Shown here in pieces: positions 27,794 through 39,290 of a stretch of DNA of 64,000 nt (position 1 is its first letter; every line of letters starts with the position of its first letter). The notes under the pieces were generated by a model. It worked only from the letters and a program-made list of their open reading frames with translations, did no database searches and was not told where the DNA came from. Source of the stretch: Escherichia coli (GTDB taxonomy: Bacteria; Pseudomonadota; Gammaproteobacteria; Enterobacterales; Enterobacteriaceae); the NCBI RefSeq assembly GCF_024700885.2, contig NZ_CP117016.1; one strand, given 5' to 3'. A program made the position numbers and the translations under genes.

Positions 27794-30660
27794 TCATCCA
27801 CTTTACTTTAAATGGCGCGCCTCAGGAGCTAACCGTTAATCCAGGCGAAAACGTGCAAAAGCTGTTGTTTAACATGGGAATGCACTCTGTACGCAACAGC
27901 GATGATGGATTCGGGTTTGCCGGTTCTGACGCAATTATCTGTAACGGTAATATCGTTAACGCGTCCTTGCTTATCGCCGCACAGTTAGAGAAGGCAGATA
28001 TTCGTACCGCAGAGTCTCTGGGCAAATGGAACGAGTTAAGTCTGGTTCAACAGGCAATGGTTGATGTTGGCGTGGTGCAGTCTGGTTATAACGATCCAGC
28101 TGCGGCTCTGATTATCACCGATCTTCTCGATCGCATTGCCACACCGACCCGCGAAGAGATCGACGACGCGCTTTCTGGTTTGTTCAGCCGCGATGCAGGC
28201 TGGCAACAATACTATCAGGTCATTGAACTGGCGGTTGCACGTAAAAATAATCCGCAGGCCACCATTGATATCGCTCCAACTTTCCGCGATGACCTTGAAG
28301 TCATTGGTAAGCATTATCCTAAAACTGATGCCGCGAAAATGGTGCAGGCGAAACCCTGCTATGTTGAAGACCGCGTAACGGCTGACGCCTGCGTCATTAA
28401 AATGTTACGTAGCCCACACGCTCACGCACTGATTACTCATCTGGATATCAGCAAAGCTGAAGCCTTACCGGGCGTTGTTCACGTTATTACTCACCTGAAT
28501 TGCCCGGATATCTACTATACCCCGGGCGGTCAGAGCGCACCGGAACCGTCACCGCTTGACCGCCGTATGTTCGGCAAGAAAATGCGTCACGTCGGCGATC
28601 GCGTTGCTGCGGTCGTCGCTGAAAGTGAAGAAATTGCGCTCGAAGCACTGAAGCTCATCGACGTTGAATATGAAGTGCTTAAACCTGTAATGTCGATCGA
28701 CGAAGCAATGGCGGAAGATGCGCCTGTCGTGCACGATGAACCGGTGGTGTATGTTGCTGGTGCGCCAGATACTCTGGAAGACGATAACAGCCATGCAGCC
28801 CAGCGCGGCGAACATATGATCATCAACTTCCCGATCGGTTCTCGCCCCCGTAAAAATATCGCCGCCAGTATTCATGGTCATATTGGCGATATGGACAAAG
28901 GCTTTGCCGATGCCGATGTGATCATTGAGCGAACCTATAACTCAACGCAGGCACAGCAGTGCCCGACTGAAACACATATCTGCTTTACCCGTATGGACGG
29001 CGATCGTCTGGTGATCCACGCCTCCACCCAGGTACCATGGCACTTACGCCGCCAGGTCGCGCGCCTCGTGGGCATGAAACAGCATAAAGTTCATGTCATT
29101 AAAGAGCGAGTTGGCGGCGGTTTTGGTTCCAAACAAGACATCCTGCTGGAAGAAGTGTGCGCCTGGGCAACCTGCGTGACCGGACGTCCGGTACTGTTCC
29201 GCTACACCCGTGAAGAAGAGTTTATTGCTAACACCTCTCGCCACGTCGCGAAAGTCACCGTCAAACTGGGCGCGAAAAAAGATGGTCGCCTGACGGCAGT
29301 GAAGATGGATTTCCGCGCCAACACGGGCCCTTACGGCAACCACTCACTCACCGTACCGTGTAACGGACCGGCGCTGTCGCTGCCGTTATATCCGTGTGAT
29401 AACGTCGATTTCCAGGTCACCACCTACTACAGCAACATTTGCCCAAATGGTGCTTATCAGGGTTATGGCGCGCCGAAAGGTAACTTCGCTATCACCATGG
29501 CATTAGCGGAACTGGCTGAACAGTTACAGATCGACCAGCTGGAAATTATCGAACGTAACCGTGTACACGAAGGGCAAGAGCTGAAAATTCTCGGTGCAAT
29601 CGGTGAAGGTAAAGCGCCGACCTCCGTTCCTTCCGCCGCCAGCTGCGCACTGGAAGAGATCCTGCGTCAGGGTCGCGAGATGATCCACTGGTCGTCACCG
29701 AAACCGCAAAATGGTGACTGGCACATCGGTCGCGGCGTCGCCATTATCATGCAGAAATCGGGTATCCCAGATATCGATCAGGCTAACTGCATGATCAAAC
29801 TGGAATCGGACGGCACCTTTATCGTTCATTCTGGCGGTGCGGATATTGGTACTGGTTTGGATACTGTGGTGACGAAACTGGCAGCAGAAGTGCTGCACTG
29901 CCCACCGCAGGACGTGCATGTTATCTCCGGTGATACCGATCATGCGTTGTTTGATAAAGGCGCATATGCCTCGTCCGGTACTTGCTTCTCGGGTAACGCG
30001 GCGCGTTTGGCAGCAGAAAATCTGCGGGAGAAAATTCTGTTCCACGGTGCACAAATGTTGGGTGAGCCAGTGGCAGATGTCCAACTAGCAACGCCGGGCG
30101 TCGTGCGCGGCAAGAAAGGCGAAGTTAGTTTCGGGGATATTGCCCATAAAGGCGAAACCGGCACCGGCTTTGGTTCACTGGTGGGAACTGGCAGTTATAT
30201 CACGCCTGATTTCGCCTTCCCGTATGGCGCAAACTTCGCTGAAGTTGCCGTCAACGCGCGTACGGGTGAAATCCGCCTGGATAAATTCTACGCCTTGCTG
30301 GACTGCGGTACACCGGTCAACCCGGAATTAGCATTGGGACAAATCTACGGTGCTACCCTGCGAGCTATCGGCCACAGTATGAGCGAAGAGATCATTTATG
30401 ACGCCGAAGGTCACCCGTTAACGCGTGATTTACGCAGTTACGGTGCACCGAAAATTGGTGACATTCCGCGTGATTTCCGCGCAGTGCTGGTGCCGAGCGA
30501 CGATAAAGTCGGCCCGTTCGGGGCGAAATCGATCTCGGAAATCGGTGTAAATGGCGCAGCTCCGGCGATTGCTACCGCAATTCACGATGCCTGCGGCATC
30601 TGGTTACGCGAATGGCATTTCACACCGGAGAAAATACTCACCGCGCTGGAAAAAATATAA
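27790..30660 (+). CDS. xdhD: fused molybdopterin-binding / Fe-S hydroxylase (xanthine dehydrogenase family)
   Basis: 956-aa ORF with GGGFGSKQD molybdopterin motif. Confidence 0.85.
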   Translation: MIIHFTLNGAPQELTVNPGENVQKLLFNMGMHSVRNSDDGFGFAGSDAIICNGNIVNASLLIAAQLEKADIRTAESLGKWNELSLVQQAMVDVGVVQSGYNDPAAALIITDLLDRIATPTREEIDDALSGLFSRDAGWQQYYQVIELAVARKNNPQATIDIAPTFRDDLEVIGKHYPKTDAAKMVQAKPCYVEDRVTADACVIKMLRSPHAHALITHLDISKAEALPGVVHVITHLNCPDIYYTPGGQSAPEPSPLDRRMFGKKMRHVGDRVAAVVAESEEIALEALKLIDVEYEVLKPVMSIDEAMAEDAPVVHDEPVVYVAGAPDTLEDDNSHAAQRGEHMIINFPIGSRPRKNIAASIHGHIGDMDKGFADADVIIERTYNSTQAQQCPTETHICFTRMDGDRLVIHASTQVPWHLRRQVARLVGMKQHKVHVIKERVGGGFGSKQDILLEEVCAWATCVTGRPVLFRYTREEEFIANTSRHVAKVTVKLGAKKDGRLTAVKMDFRANTGPYGNHSLTVPCNGPALSLPLYPCDNVDFQVTTYYSNICPNGAYQGYGAPKGNFAITMALAELAEQLQIDQLEIIERNRVHEGQELKILGAIGEGKAPTSVPSAASCALEEILRQGREMIHWSSPKPQNGDWHIGRGVAIIMQKSGIPDIDQANCMIKLESDGTFIVHSGGADIGTGLDTVVTKLAAEVLHCPPQDVHVISGDTDHALFDKGAYASSGTCFSGNAARLAAENLREKILFHGAQMLGEPVADVQLATPGVVRGKKGEVSFGDIAHKGETGTGFGSLVGTGSYITPDFAFPYGANFAEVAVNARTGEIRLDKFYALLDCGTPVNPELALGQIYGATLRAIGHSMSEEIIYDAEGHPLTRDLRSYGAPKIGDIPRDFRAVLVPSDDKVGPFGAKSISEIGVNGAAPAIATAIHDACGIWLREWHFTPEKILTALEKI

Positions 30661-30669
30661 GTAATAAAT

Positions 30670-30698
30670 GGCCGCTTCGGCGGCCTGTTTCTCTGTTT
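30670..30698 (+). terminator. rho-independent terminator after xdhD
   Basis: GGCCGC-TTCG-GCGGCC hairpin followed by TGTTTCTCTGTTT. Confidence 0.6.
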
Positions 30699-30824
30699 GA
30701 ACGACGACCAAATAGTGACTGCGAAAATGAGATAAGCCGTTCTCAAGGCGTCCTGCGCCCCAAATTCGTGGGAATTTATTTTACTGATTCAGATGATCAA
30801 ATTTACTTTAAAAGGAGTGAAGGG

Positions 30825-32225
30825 ATGTCTGATATAAACCATGCAGGTTCTGACCTTATATTTGAACTGGAGGATCGCCCTCCCTTTCATCAGGCTCTCG
30901 TTGGTGCCATTACCCATCTGTTGGCAATTTTCGTTCCGATGGTAACCCCCGCGTTAATCGTGGGTGCGGCCTTACAGCTTTCCGCTGAAACAACTGCCTA
31001 TCTTGTTTCAATGGCGATGATCGCCTCTGGTATTGGTACCTGGTTACAAGTAAACCGCTATGGCATCGTCGGTTCTGGCCTACTCTCAATTCAGTCAGTC
31101 AATTTTTCATTTGTTACGGTCATGATTGCGCTGGGCAGCAGCATGAAAAGCGACGGTTTTCACGAAGAGTTAATCATGTCGTCGCTCCTCGGCGTCTCCT
31201 TCGTTGGCGCATTTCTGGTTGTCGGCTCTTCTTTTATCCTGCCCTATTTACGTCGGGTTATTACGCCTACCGTCAGCGGCATTGTGGTGCTGATGATCGG
31301 CTTAAGCCTGATTAAAGTCGGCATTATCGATTTTGGTGGAGGATTTGCAGCCAAAAGCAGCGGTACATTCGGCAATTACGAACATCTCGGCGTTGGTTTA
31401 TTGGTTTTGATTGTGGTGATCGGCTTTAACTGCTGTCGCAGTCCGTTGCTACGCATGGGAGGGATCGCCATTGGGCTATGTGTCGGCTATATCGCATCGT
31501 TATGCCTGGGCATGGTGGATTTCAGCAGTATGCGCAATTTGCCGTTAATCACCATCCCACATCCGTTCAAATACGGCTTTAGTTTTAGCTTCCATCAGTT
31601 CCTGGTGGTTGGCACGATTTATCTGCTTAGCGTGCTGGAAGCTGTCGGCGATATCACCGCCACGGCAATGGTTTCCCGCCGCCCCATTCAGGGGGAAGAG
31701 TATCAGTCCCGACTGAAAGGCGGCGTGCTGGCAGACGGTCTGGTTTCTGTTATCGCCTCCGCTGTCGGATCATTACCCTTAACCACGTTTGCGCAAAATA
31801 ATGGGGTTATTCAGATGACTGGCGTCGCTTCACGTTATGTCGGGCGAACCATCGCGGTAATGCTGGTTATCCTCGGCTTATTTCCGATGATTGGCGGCTT
31901 CTTCACGACCATTCCCTCGGCAGTTCTGGGAGGCGCAATGACGTTGATGTTTTCCATGATTGCCATCGCAGGGATTCGCATCATCATCACCAACGGTTTA
32001 AAGCGCCGAGAAACACTTATTGTCGCCACTTCTTTAGGTTTAGGGCTTGGCGTCTCCTACGATCCCGAAATTTTTAAAATATTGCCAGCCTCTATTTATG
32101 TACTAGTTGAAAACCCTATTTGTGCTGGCGGGTTAACTGCGATTTTATTAAATATTATCCTCCCTGGTGGCTACCGACAGGAAAACGTTCTGCCTGGTAT
32201 TACCTCAGCGGAAGAGATGGATTAA
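30825..32225 (+). CDS. xanQ: xanthine permease (NCS2/NAT family)
   Basis: 466 aa from the ATG at 30825 (MSDINHAGSDL...) with AAGGAG upstream; ORF-track extension from 30612 rejected. Confidence 0.85.
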   Translation: MSDINHAGSDLIFELEDRPPFHQALVGAITHLLAIFVPMVTPALIVGAALQLSAETTAYLVSMAMIASGIGTWLQVNRYGIVGSGLLSIQSVNFSFVTVMIALGSSMKSDGFHEELIMSSLLGVSFVGAFLVVGSSFILPYLRRVITPTVSGIVVLMIGLSLIKVGIIDFGGGFAAKSSGTFGNYEHLGVGLLVLIVVIGFNCCRSPLLRMGGIAIGLCVGYIASLCLGMVDFSSMRNLPLITIPHPFKYGFSFSFHQFLVVGTIYLLSVLEAVGDITATAMVSRRPIQGEEYQSRLKGGVLADGLVSVIASAVGSLPLTTFAQNNGVIQMTGVASRYVGRTIAVMLVILGLFPMIGGFFTTIPSAVLGGAMTLMFSMIAIAGIRIIITNGLKRRETLIVATSLGLGLGVSYDPEIFKILPASIYVLVENPICAGGLTAILLNIILPGGYRQENVLPGITSAEEMD

Positions 32226-32239
32226 CAGTAAAGGAGTCA

Positions 32240-33559
32240 ATGATGTCAGGAGAACACACGTTAAAAGCGGTACGAGGCAGTTTTATTGATGTCACCCGTA
32301 CAGTCGATAACCCAGAGGAGATTGCCTCTGCGCTGCGGTTTATTGAGGATGGTTTATTACTCATTAAACAGGGAAAAGTGGAATGGTTTGGCGAATGGGA
32401 AGACGGAAAGCATCAAATTCCTGACACTATTCGCGTGCGCGACTATCGCGGCAAACTGATAGTACCGGGCTTTGTCGATACACATATCCATTATCCGCAA
32501 AGTGAAATGGTGGGGGCCTATGGTGAACAATTGCTGGAGTGGTTGAATAAACACACCTTCCCTACTGAACGTCGTTATGAGGATTTAGAGTACGCCCGCG
32601 AAATGTCGGCGTTCTTCATCAAGCAGCTTTTACGTAACGGAACCACCACGGCTCTGGTGTTTGGCACTGTTCATCCGCAATCCGTTGATGCGCTGTTTGA
32701 AGCCGCCAGCCATATCAATATGCGTATGATTGCCGGTAAGGTGATGATGGACCGCAACGCACCGGATTATCTGCTCGACACTGCCGAAAGCAGCTATCAC
32801 CAAAGCAAAGAGCTGATCGAACGCTGGCACAAAAATGGTCGTCTGTTGTATGCGATTACGCCACGCTTCGCCCCTACCTCATCTCCTGAACAGATGGCGA
32901 TGGCGAAACGCCTGAAAGAAGAATATCCGGATACGTGGGTACATACCCATCTCTGTGAAAACAAAGATGAAATTGCCTGGGTGAAAGAACTTTATCCTGA
33001 CCATGATGGCTATCTGGATGTTTACCATCAGTACGGCCTGACCGGTAAAAACTGTGTCTTTGCTCACTGCGTCCATCTCGAAGAAAAAGAGTGGGATCGT
33101 CTCAGCGAAACCAAATCCAGCATTGCTTTCTGTCCGACCTCCAACCTTTACCTCGGCAGCGGCTTATTCAACTTGAAAAAAGCATGGCAGAAGAAAGTTA
33201 AAGTGGGCATGGGAACGGATATCGGTGCCGGAACAACTTTCAACATGCTGCAAACGCTGAACGAAGCCTACAAAGTATTGCAATTACAAGGCTATCGCCT
33301 CTCGGCATATGAAGCGTTTTACCTGGCCACGCTCGGCGGAGCGAAATCTCTGGGCCTTGACGATTTAATTGGCAACTTTTTACCTGGCAAAGAGGCTGAT
33401 TTCGTGGTGATGGAACCCACCGCCACTCCGCTACAGCAGCTGCGCTATGACAACTCTGTTTCTTTAGTCGACAAATTGTTCGTGATGATGACGTTGGGCG
33501 ATGACCGTTCGATCTACCGCACCTACGTTGATGGTCGTCTGGTGTACGAACGCAACTAA
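32240..33559 (+). CDS. guaD: guanine deaminase
   Basis: 439 aa from the ATG at 32240 (MMSGEHTLKAV...); amidohydrolase HIHYPQ motif; AAGGAG Shine-Dalgarno. Confidence 0.85.
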   Translation: MMSGEHTLKAVRGSFIDVTRTVDNPEEIASALRFIEDGLLLIKQGKVEWFGEWEDGKHQIPDTIRVRDYRGKLIVPGFVDTHIHYPQSEMVGAYGEQLLEWLNKHTFPTERRYEDLEYAREMSAFFIKQLLRNGTTTALVFGTVHPQSVDALFEAASHINMRMIAGKVMMDRNAPDYLLDTAESSYHQSKELIERWHKNGRLLYAITPRFAPTSSPEQMAMAKRLKEEYPDTWVHTHLCENKDEIAWVKELYPDHDGYLDVYHQYGLTGKNCVFAHCVHLEEKEWDRLSETKSSIAFCPTSNLYLGSGLFNLKKAWQKKVKVGMGTDIGAGTTFNMLQTLNEAYKVLQLQGYRLSAYEAFYLATLGGAKSLGLDDLIGNFLPGKEADFVVMEPTATPLQQLRYDNSVSLVDKLFVMMTLGDDRSIYRTYVDGRLVYERN

Positions 33560-33594
33560 TAATAAAACTTTAACATCCTCGTGAGGACATCATT

Positions 33595-34962
33595 ATGTCT
33601 GGAGACATCCTACAAACACCGGACGCACCAAAGCCACAGGGCGCGCTGGATAATTATTTTAAAATTACCGCTCGTGGCAGTACCGTTCGTCAGGAAGTAC
33701 TGGCTGGCTTAACGACCTTTCTGGCCATGGTTTATTCCGTTATCGTCGTTCCGGGAATGCTGGGCAAAGCAGGTTTTCCTCCCGCAGCTGTGTTTGTTGC
33801 CACCTGTCTGGTCGCGGGCTTCGGCTCGTTGCTGATGGGATTATGGGCCAATTTGCCAATGGCGATTGGTTGCGCGATTTCCCTGACGGCGTTTACCGCA
33901 TTCAGTCTGGTACTCGGGCAACAAATTAGCGTTCCTGTCGCACTGGGCGCGGTCTTTCTGATGGGAGTCATCTTCACCGCCATTTCCGTAACCGGTGTGC
34001 GTACCTGGATCTTACGTAATTTACCGATGGGGATCGCTCACGGTACAGGTATCGGTATCGGGCTGTTTCTGCTGCTGATTGCTGCTAACGGTGTGGGAAT
34101 GGTTATCAAAAACCCGATTGAAGGCTTGCCAGTGGCGCTCGGTGCGTTTACCTCCTTCCCGGTGATGATGAGCTTACTAGGGCTGGCGGTCATCTTCGGT
34201 CTGGAGAAGTGTCGCGTACCCGGCGGGATCTTGTTGGTGATTATTGCAATTTCGATCATCGGCTTAATCTTTGACCCAGCGGTGAAGTACCACGGTCTGG
34301 TGGCGATGCCAAGCCTGACTGGCGAAGATGGTAAGTCTCTGATTTTCAGCCTCGATATTATGGGCGCACTCCAGCCAACTGTACTTCCGAGTGTACTGGC
34401 ATTGGTGATGACCGCAGTGTTCGACGCCACTGGCACCATCCGTGCCGTCGCCGGTCAGGCGAATTTGTTGGATAAAGACAACCAGATCATCAACGGCGGC
34501 AAAGCCCTGACCAGTGACTCAGTAAGTTCAATATTCTCCGGCCTGGTGGGCGCAGCGCCCGCAGCGGTTTATATCGAATCAGCGGCAGGAACCGCCGCCG
34601 GGGGTAAAACAGGGTTAACCGCAACCGTAGTGGGGGCGTTATTCCTGCTGATTCTGTTCTTATCACCGCTGTCATTTTTGATCCCTGGTTACGCCACTGC
34701 ACCCGCTCTGATGTACGTAGGTTTGCTGATGTTAAGTAACGTCTCGAAGCTGGATTTCAATGATTTTATTGACGCTATGGCTGGCCTGGTGTGTGCCGTG
34801 TTCATCGTTCTGACTTGTAATATCGTTACCGGTATTATGCTGGGCTTTGTGACACTGGTCGTAGGCCGCGTCTTTGCACGCGAATGGCAAAAGCTGAATA
34901 TTGGTACGGTGATCATTACTGCCGCACTGGTCGCATTTTACGCGGGTGGTTGGGCAATCTAA
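33595..34962 (+). CDS. ghxQ: guanine/hypoxanthine permease (NCS2 family)
   Basis: 455-aa hydrophobic ORF. Confidence 0.85.
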   Translation: MSGDILQTPDAPKPQGALDNYFKITARGSTVRQEVLAGLTTFLAMVYSVIVVPGMLGKAGFPPAAVFVATCLVAGFGSLLMGLWANLPMAIGCAISLTAFTAFSLVLGQQISVPVALGAVFLMGVIFTAISVTGVRTWILRNLPMGIAHGTGIGIGLFLLLIAANGVGMVIKNPIEGLPVALGAFTSFPVMMSLLGLAVIFGLEKCRVPGGILLVIIAISIIGLIFDPAVKYHGLVAMPSLTGEDGKSLIFSLDIMGALQPTVLPSVLALVMTAVFDATGTIRAVAGQANLLDKDNQIINGGKALTSDSVSSIFSGLVGAAPAAVYIESAAGTAAGGKTGLTATVVGALFLLILFLSPLSFLIPGYATAPALMYVGLLMLSNVSKLDFNDFIDAMAGLVCAVFIVLTCNIVTGIMLGFVTLVVGRVFAREWQKLNIGTVIITAALVAFYAGGWAI

Positions 34963-34965
34963 TAG

Positions 34966-34997
34966 ATTCTCCGCGCCTTTCAGCGCGGAGATTTCTT
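34966..34997 (+). terminator. terminator after ghxQ
   Basis: TCTCCGCGC-CTTTCA-GCGCGGAGA hairpin followed by TTTCTTTC. Confidence 0.55.
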
Positions 34998-35489
34998 TCA
35001 CAGAGGATTCTCACCGCTGGCAACAATACGCTGCTGGCGGACTCGCCTGAGTTCTCTTTCAGTAAGCAACTGCAGCGCCTGTGTTGGGCAAGATTCAACG
35101 CAGGCTGGCCCCTCTTCCCGCTGTTCACAGAGATCGCATTTCACGATTTGTTGCCGGGTATCCCCCGGCAACGACTGAATGGTGATCATTCCAAACGGGC
35201 ACGCACTGACGCAACTCTGACAGCCAATACAACGGGCAGAATTGGTCTGCACCACCTGCTCGCCCATCGTCAGCGCCCCCACGGGGCAAGCGCCAACACA
35301 AGGGGCGTTTTCACACTGATGGCACATCACCGGCGCACTGATGCTGTCCAGTCGCTGTACCTTCAGCCGGGGTAAAAAGACATCGGCATTCAACTCCTGT
35401 TCTGAAGGGTGAGCGACCACACAGGCTACTTCACAAGTACGGCAGCCAATACAGTCAGCCGGATTAACGATAATTAACGATTTCATCAC
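34998..35489 (-). CDS. ygfS: 4Fe-4S ferredoxin-type protein
   Basis: 163-aa ORF with several CxxCxxCxxxCP motifs. Confidence 0.85.
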
Positions 35490-37405
35490 GATGCCTTCGT
35501 ATCAAACAGAGTTAACATATCGCGCGCCGCCTGCCTTCCTGCGGCCATTGCAGTGACAACCAGATCCGCGCCATGAACTGCATCACCACCAGCAAAGACT
35601 TTTTTCAGATGCGTCTGGGTAGGTAAATACCCGACGTCACCGGTTTGAATCAGGCCCCATTTATCGAGTTTAATTCCGCTGCCCTGCAACCACGGCATGG
35701 CATGCGCCTGGAAACCAAAGGCCATAATGAGAACATCGGCGGGCAATTCAAACTCTGAACCCGCTACCGGACGAGGACGACGGCGACCATCCGGCCCCGG
35801 CTCCCCCATGGCGGTACGAATCAGGCCCACTGCAGTTAAACGCCCATCTTCGTCACAAGCGATATATTGCGGCTGAACATTGAACTGAAACTCGACACCT
35901 TCCTCGCGCGCATTGACCACCTCTTTGCGCGAGCCCGGCATACTGACTTCATCACGACGATACGCGCAGGTCACGCTGGCGGCATTGAGGCGGATGGAGG
36001 TCCGCAAACAATCCATGGTCGTATCGCCACCGCCCAATACCACGACTCGCTTACCTTCCACATCCGTCAGCGGATACTCTTCAGACTCCGGCAACCCCAT
36101 GAGCTGGCGGGTATGGGCAGTCAGGAACGGTAGAGCCTGAATGACACCGGGCGCATCTTCATGCGGCAGATCTGCTCGCATCATCCCGTAAGTCCCCACG
36201 CCGATGAAAACTGCATCATATTCAGAAGTTAAATCGCTAAAGGTAATATCGCGGCCAATTTCACAGTTAAGATGAAAGTCGATTCCCATTGCGGTGAATA
36301 TCTCTCGCCGCTGGCTTAATACCGTTTTATCGAGTTTGAAAGGAGGTATGCCAAAAGTCAGCATACCGCCAATTTCTGGATGGCGATCAAAGACATCAAC
36401 CTGAACTCCTGCGCGCGCCAGAATATCAGCACACCCTAACCCTGCAGGCCCTGCGCCAATCACCGCCACTTTTTCGATACGGGGAACAACTTTGCTGACA
36501 TCGGGACGCCAGCCCATCGCCAGCGCGGTATCGGTGATGTAGCGTTCCAGATTCCCGATAGAGACTGCGCCAGAGTGATCTTTCAAAGTACATGCGCCTT
36601 CACAAAGACGGTCCTGTGGACATACCCTGCCGCAGATTTCTGGTAAGGAACTGGTCTGGTGGCAAAGTTCTGCCGCTTCAATAATCTTTCCTTCCTGCAC
36701 CAGACGGATGTAATCCGGAATAGCGTTATGCAGCGGGCAATGCCAGTTGCAGTTAGCTTTTTCGGCGCAATAAACACAGCGGTCACTCTCATAAGTCGCT
36801 TGTTGTGGATCCAGCCCGTAATAGATTTCGCCAAAGTGGGTTTTCCGTTCACTCGCTGAAATGTTATCTGCGCCTTTACGCGAGTTAACGGGGAGCAACG
36901 CTGCACTGCGAGATGGCTGAGCGTCTGATGACGCTTTTCCTGCTGCCGTTTTGCGCTGGCGGGCCACCTTTATCTGCTGCAACCCTTTATCGTCCATCAG
37001 CCGTAACGCCTGTGTTGGGCAGACTTCAATACAGGCTTGCGTGCCGGAACTGCGCTGGTTACAAAGGTCGCATTTCTGCGCAATCGTATCGACCATCTCA
37101 ACGACGCCAAAGGAGCAAGCGATTGCGCATCTTTTACAACCAATACATTTTTGCTCGTCCAGTTGTACGCTATCGGGCTGGAAAGTCAGAGCATTAACCG
37201 GACAAGCCGTAACGCAAGGGGCATTGTTGCAGTGATGGCAGGCCACCGGATTCGCAGCCTGGCCTTTCCCTACAACGTGGATACGCGGTCGAAAGTCACT
37301 GTGACTCAGCGGCCAGTTTTCTTGATTATGTGCCATCGCACAGGCAATTTCACAAGCATGACAGCCTATACATTCCGCAGCTTCAGCAGCGATAAACTTA
37401 TTCAT
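35486..37405 (-). CDS. ygfT: Fe-S / FAD-NAD(P) oxidoreductase (glutamate-synthase-beta-like)
   Basis: 639 aa from MNKFIAAE...; ferredoxin Cys motifs plus [21 protein letters not shown]; alternative start at 37420. Confidence 0.85.
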
Positions 37406-37756
37406 TTGCATCCCTTTCATTTAATGAGTTATGTCTTCTCAAATTTCGCGATGCAATAAATGGGCATATATTAGGTAGCATGGCCGATTTAATTATAATT
37501 TTGCGACTGAGTTCAAATTATTGCCCCTCAATCTGTGCCGCTTTCATTATTTCAACATTGCCGACCAAAAGAGATCTAACCAGATAAAAACGATTAAATA
37601 CGAGAGTGCGACATGCCAGAATGATTAATGAAATATCAATATGAGAAAATTACAGATAATTCCATTGTCAGGTTCTCTTCTCATTTTCGTGGTTTAACCA
37701 CGATTATGTGATTGCCTCCGCAATTCCTGTCTCTAACTCCCCTTCCTCGCAAAAAC

Positions 37757-37771
37757 TGGCACTCCACGAGC
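37757..37771 (+). promoter_or_regulatory. candidate sigma54 -24/-12 element TGGCACTCCACGAGC upstream of uacT
   Basis: Perfect TGGCAC at -24 and GC at the -12 position; about 70 bp upstream of the uacT start. Confidence 0.35.
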
Positions 37772-37840
37772 ATGTGTTTAGACAGTTTCATTAACGTAAA
37801 CGGTTGCTTTTTACTCTGGCGAGCGAAAGGAGAAACACTG

Positions 37841-39289
37841 ATGAGCGCCATAGATTCCCAACTTCCCTCATCTTCAGGGCAAGATCGCCCAACTGATGAG
37901 GTTGACCGCATATTATCACCAGGAAAGCTGATCATACTCGGTCTGCAACACGTCCTTGTCATGTACGCAGGTGCAGTCGCTGTTCCTCTTATGATTGGTG
38001 ACCGACTGGGCCTCTCAAAAGAAGCTATTGCGATGCTCATTAGCTCGGATCTCTTTTGCTGCGGGATCGTCACATTATTGCAATGTATCGGTATCGGCCG
38101 CTTTATGGGGATCCGCCTGCCGGTGATTATGTCGGTGACCTTCGCCGCTGTAACACCAATGATAGCCATTGGGATGAACCCGGATATCGGCCTGCTGGGG
38201 ATATTCGGTGCCACTATCGCCGCGGGTTTTATCACCACATTATTAGCGCCACTTATCGGTCGCTTGATGCCTTTATTCCCGCCACTGGTTACCGGTGTGG
38301 TTATTACTTCTATCGGACTTAGCATCATTCAGGTGGGTATTGACTGGGCCGCAGGAGGTAAAGGGAATCCGCAATATGGTAATCCCGTTTATTTAGGTAT
38401 CTCCTTTGCCGTCTTAATTTTTATCTTGCTCATTACTCGCTATGCGAAAGGATTTATGTCCAACGTCGCCGTATTACTGGGGATTGTATTTGGCTTTTTA
38501 CTTTCGTGGATGATGAATGAAGTCAATTTATCCGGGCTACATGATGCTTCATGGTTTGCGATTGTCACGCCGATGTCATTTGGTATGCCGATTTTCGATC
38601 CCGTTTCCATTCTGACCATGACTGCCGTGTTAATCATCGTGTTTATCGAGTCGATGGGGATGTTCCTGGCACTGGGTGAAATAGTCGGTCGTAAACTCTC
38701 TTCACACGATATTATTCGCGGGCTGCGTGTCGATGGCGTAGGGACAATGATAGGCGGAACGTTTAACAGCTTCCCCCACACGTCATTTTCACAAAACGTT
38801 GGCCTGGTTAGCGTGACGCGCGTTCATAGCCGCTGGGTGTGTATTTCTTCGGGAATTATATTAATCCTGTTTGGCATGGTGCCAAAAATGGCGGTGCTGG
38901 TCGCCTCCATTCCGCAATTTGTGCTGGGCGGTGCTGGGCTGGTGATGTTCGGCATGGTACTGGCGACAGGAATTCGAATTCTGTCGCGCTGTAACTACAC
39001 CACCAACCGTTACAACCTCTATATTGTGGCGATCAGTCTCGGCGTTGGCATGACTCCGACGCTCTCTCACGATTTCTTTTCTAAGTTACCGGCCGTACTG
39101 CAACCGTTGCTGCATAGCGGCATTATGCTCGCAACCCTTAGCGCCGTTGTGCTGAACGTCTTCTTTAATGGCTATCAGCATCATGCTGATCTGGTGAAGG
39201 AATCCGTCTCTGATAAAGATTTAAAAGTCAGGACAGTACGTATGTGGCTTCTGATGCGCAAGCTGAAGAAAAATGAGCATGGAGAATAA
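37841..39289 (+). CDS. uacT: uric acid permease (NCS2/NAT family)
   Basis: 482 aa from the ATG at 37841 (MSAIDSQLPSS...) with AAAGGAG upstream; ORF-track extension from 37712 rejected. Confidence 0.85.
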   Translation: MSAIDSQLPSSSGQDRPTDEVDRILSPGKLIILGLQHVLVMYAGAVAVPLMIGDRLGLSKEAIAMLISSDLFCCGIVTLLQCIGIGRFMGIRLPVIMSVTFAAVTPMIAIGMNPDIGLLGIFGATIAAGFITTLLAPLIGRLMPLFPPLVTGVVITSIGLSIIQVGIDWAAGGKGNPQYGNPVYLGISFAVLIFILLITRYAKGFMSNVAVLLGIVFGFLLSWMMNEVNLSGLHDASWFAIVTPMSFGMPIFDPVSILTMTAVLIIVFIESMGMFLALGEIVGRKLSSHDIIRGLRVDGVGTMIGGTFNSFPHTSFSQNVGLVSVTRVHSRWVCISSGIILILFGMVPKMAVLVASIPQFVLGGAGLVMFGMVLATGIRILSRCNYTTNRYNLYIVAISLGVGMTPTLSHDFFSKLPAVLQPLLHSGIMLATLSAVVLNVFFNGYQHHADLVKESVSDKDLKVRTVRMWLLMRKLKKNEHGE

Positions 39290-39290
39290 T

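Noticed and set aside
30612-30824. Long N-terminal extensions in the ORF track (xdhA from 6959, xanQ from 30612, guaD from 32120, uacT from 37712, gcvP to 54576, gcvT to 56241, pepP to 60504, fau from 61494)
   Set aside because: Internal ATG codons preceded by good Shine-Dalgarno sequences give the protein lengths expected for these families; the extensions cross terminators, promoters or the 6S RNA gene.
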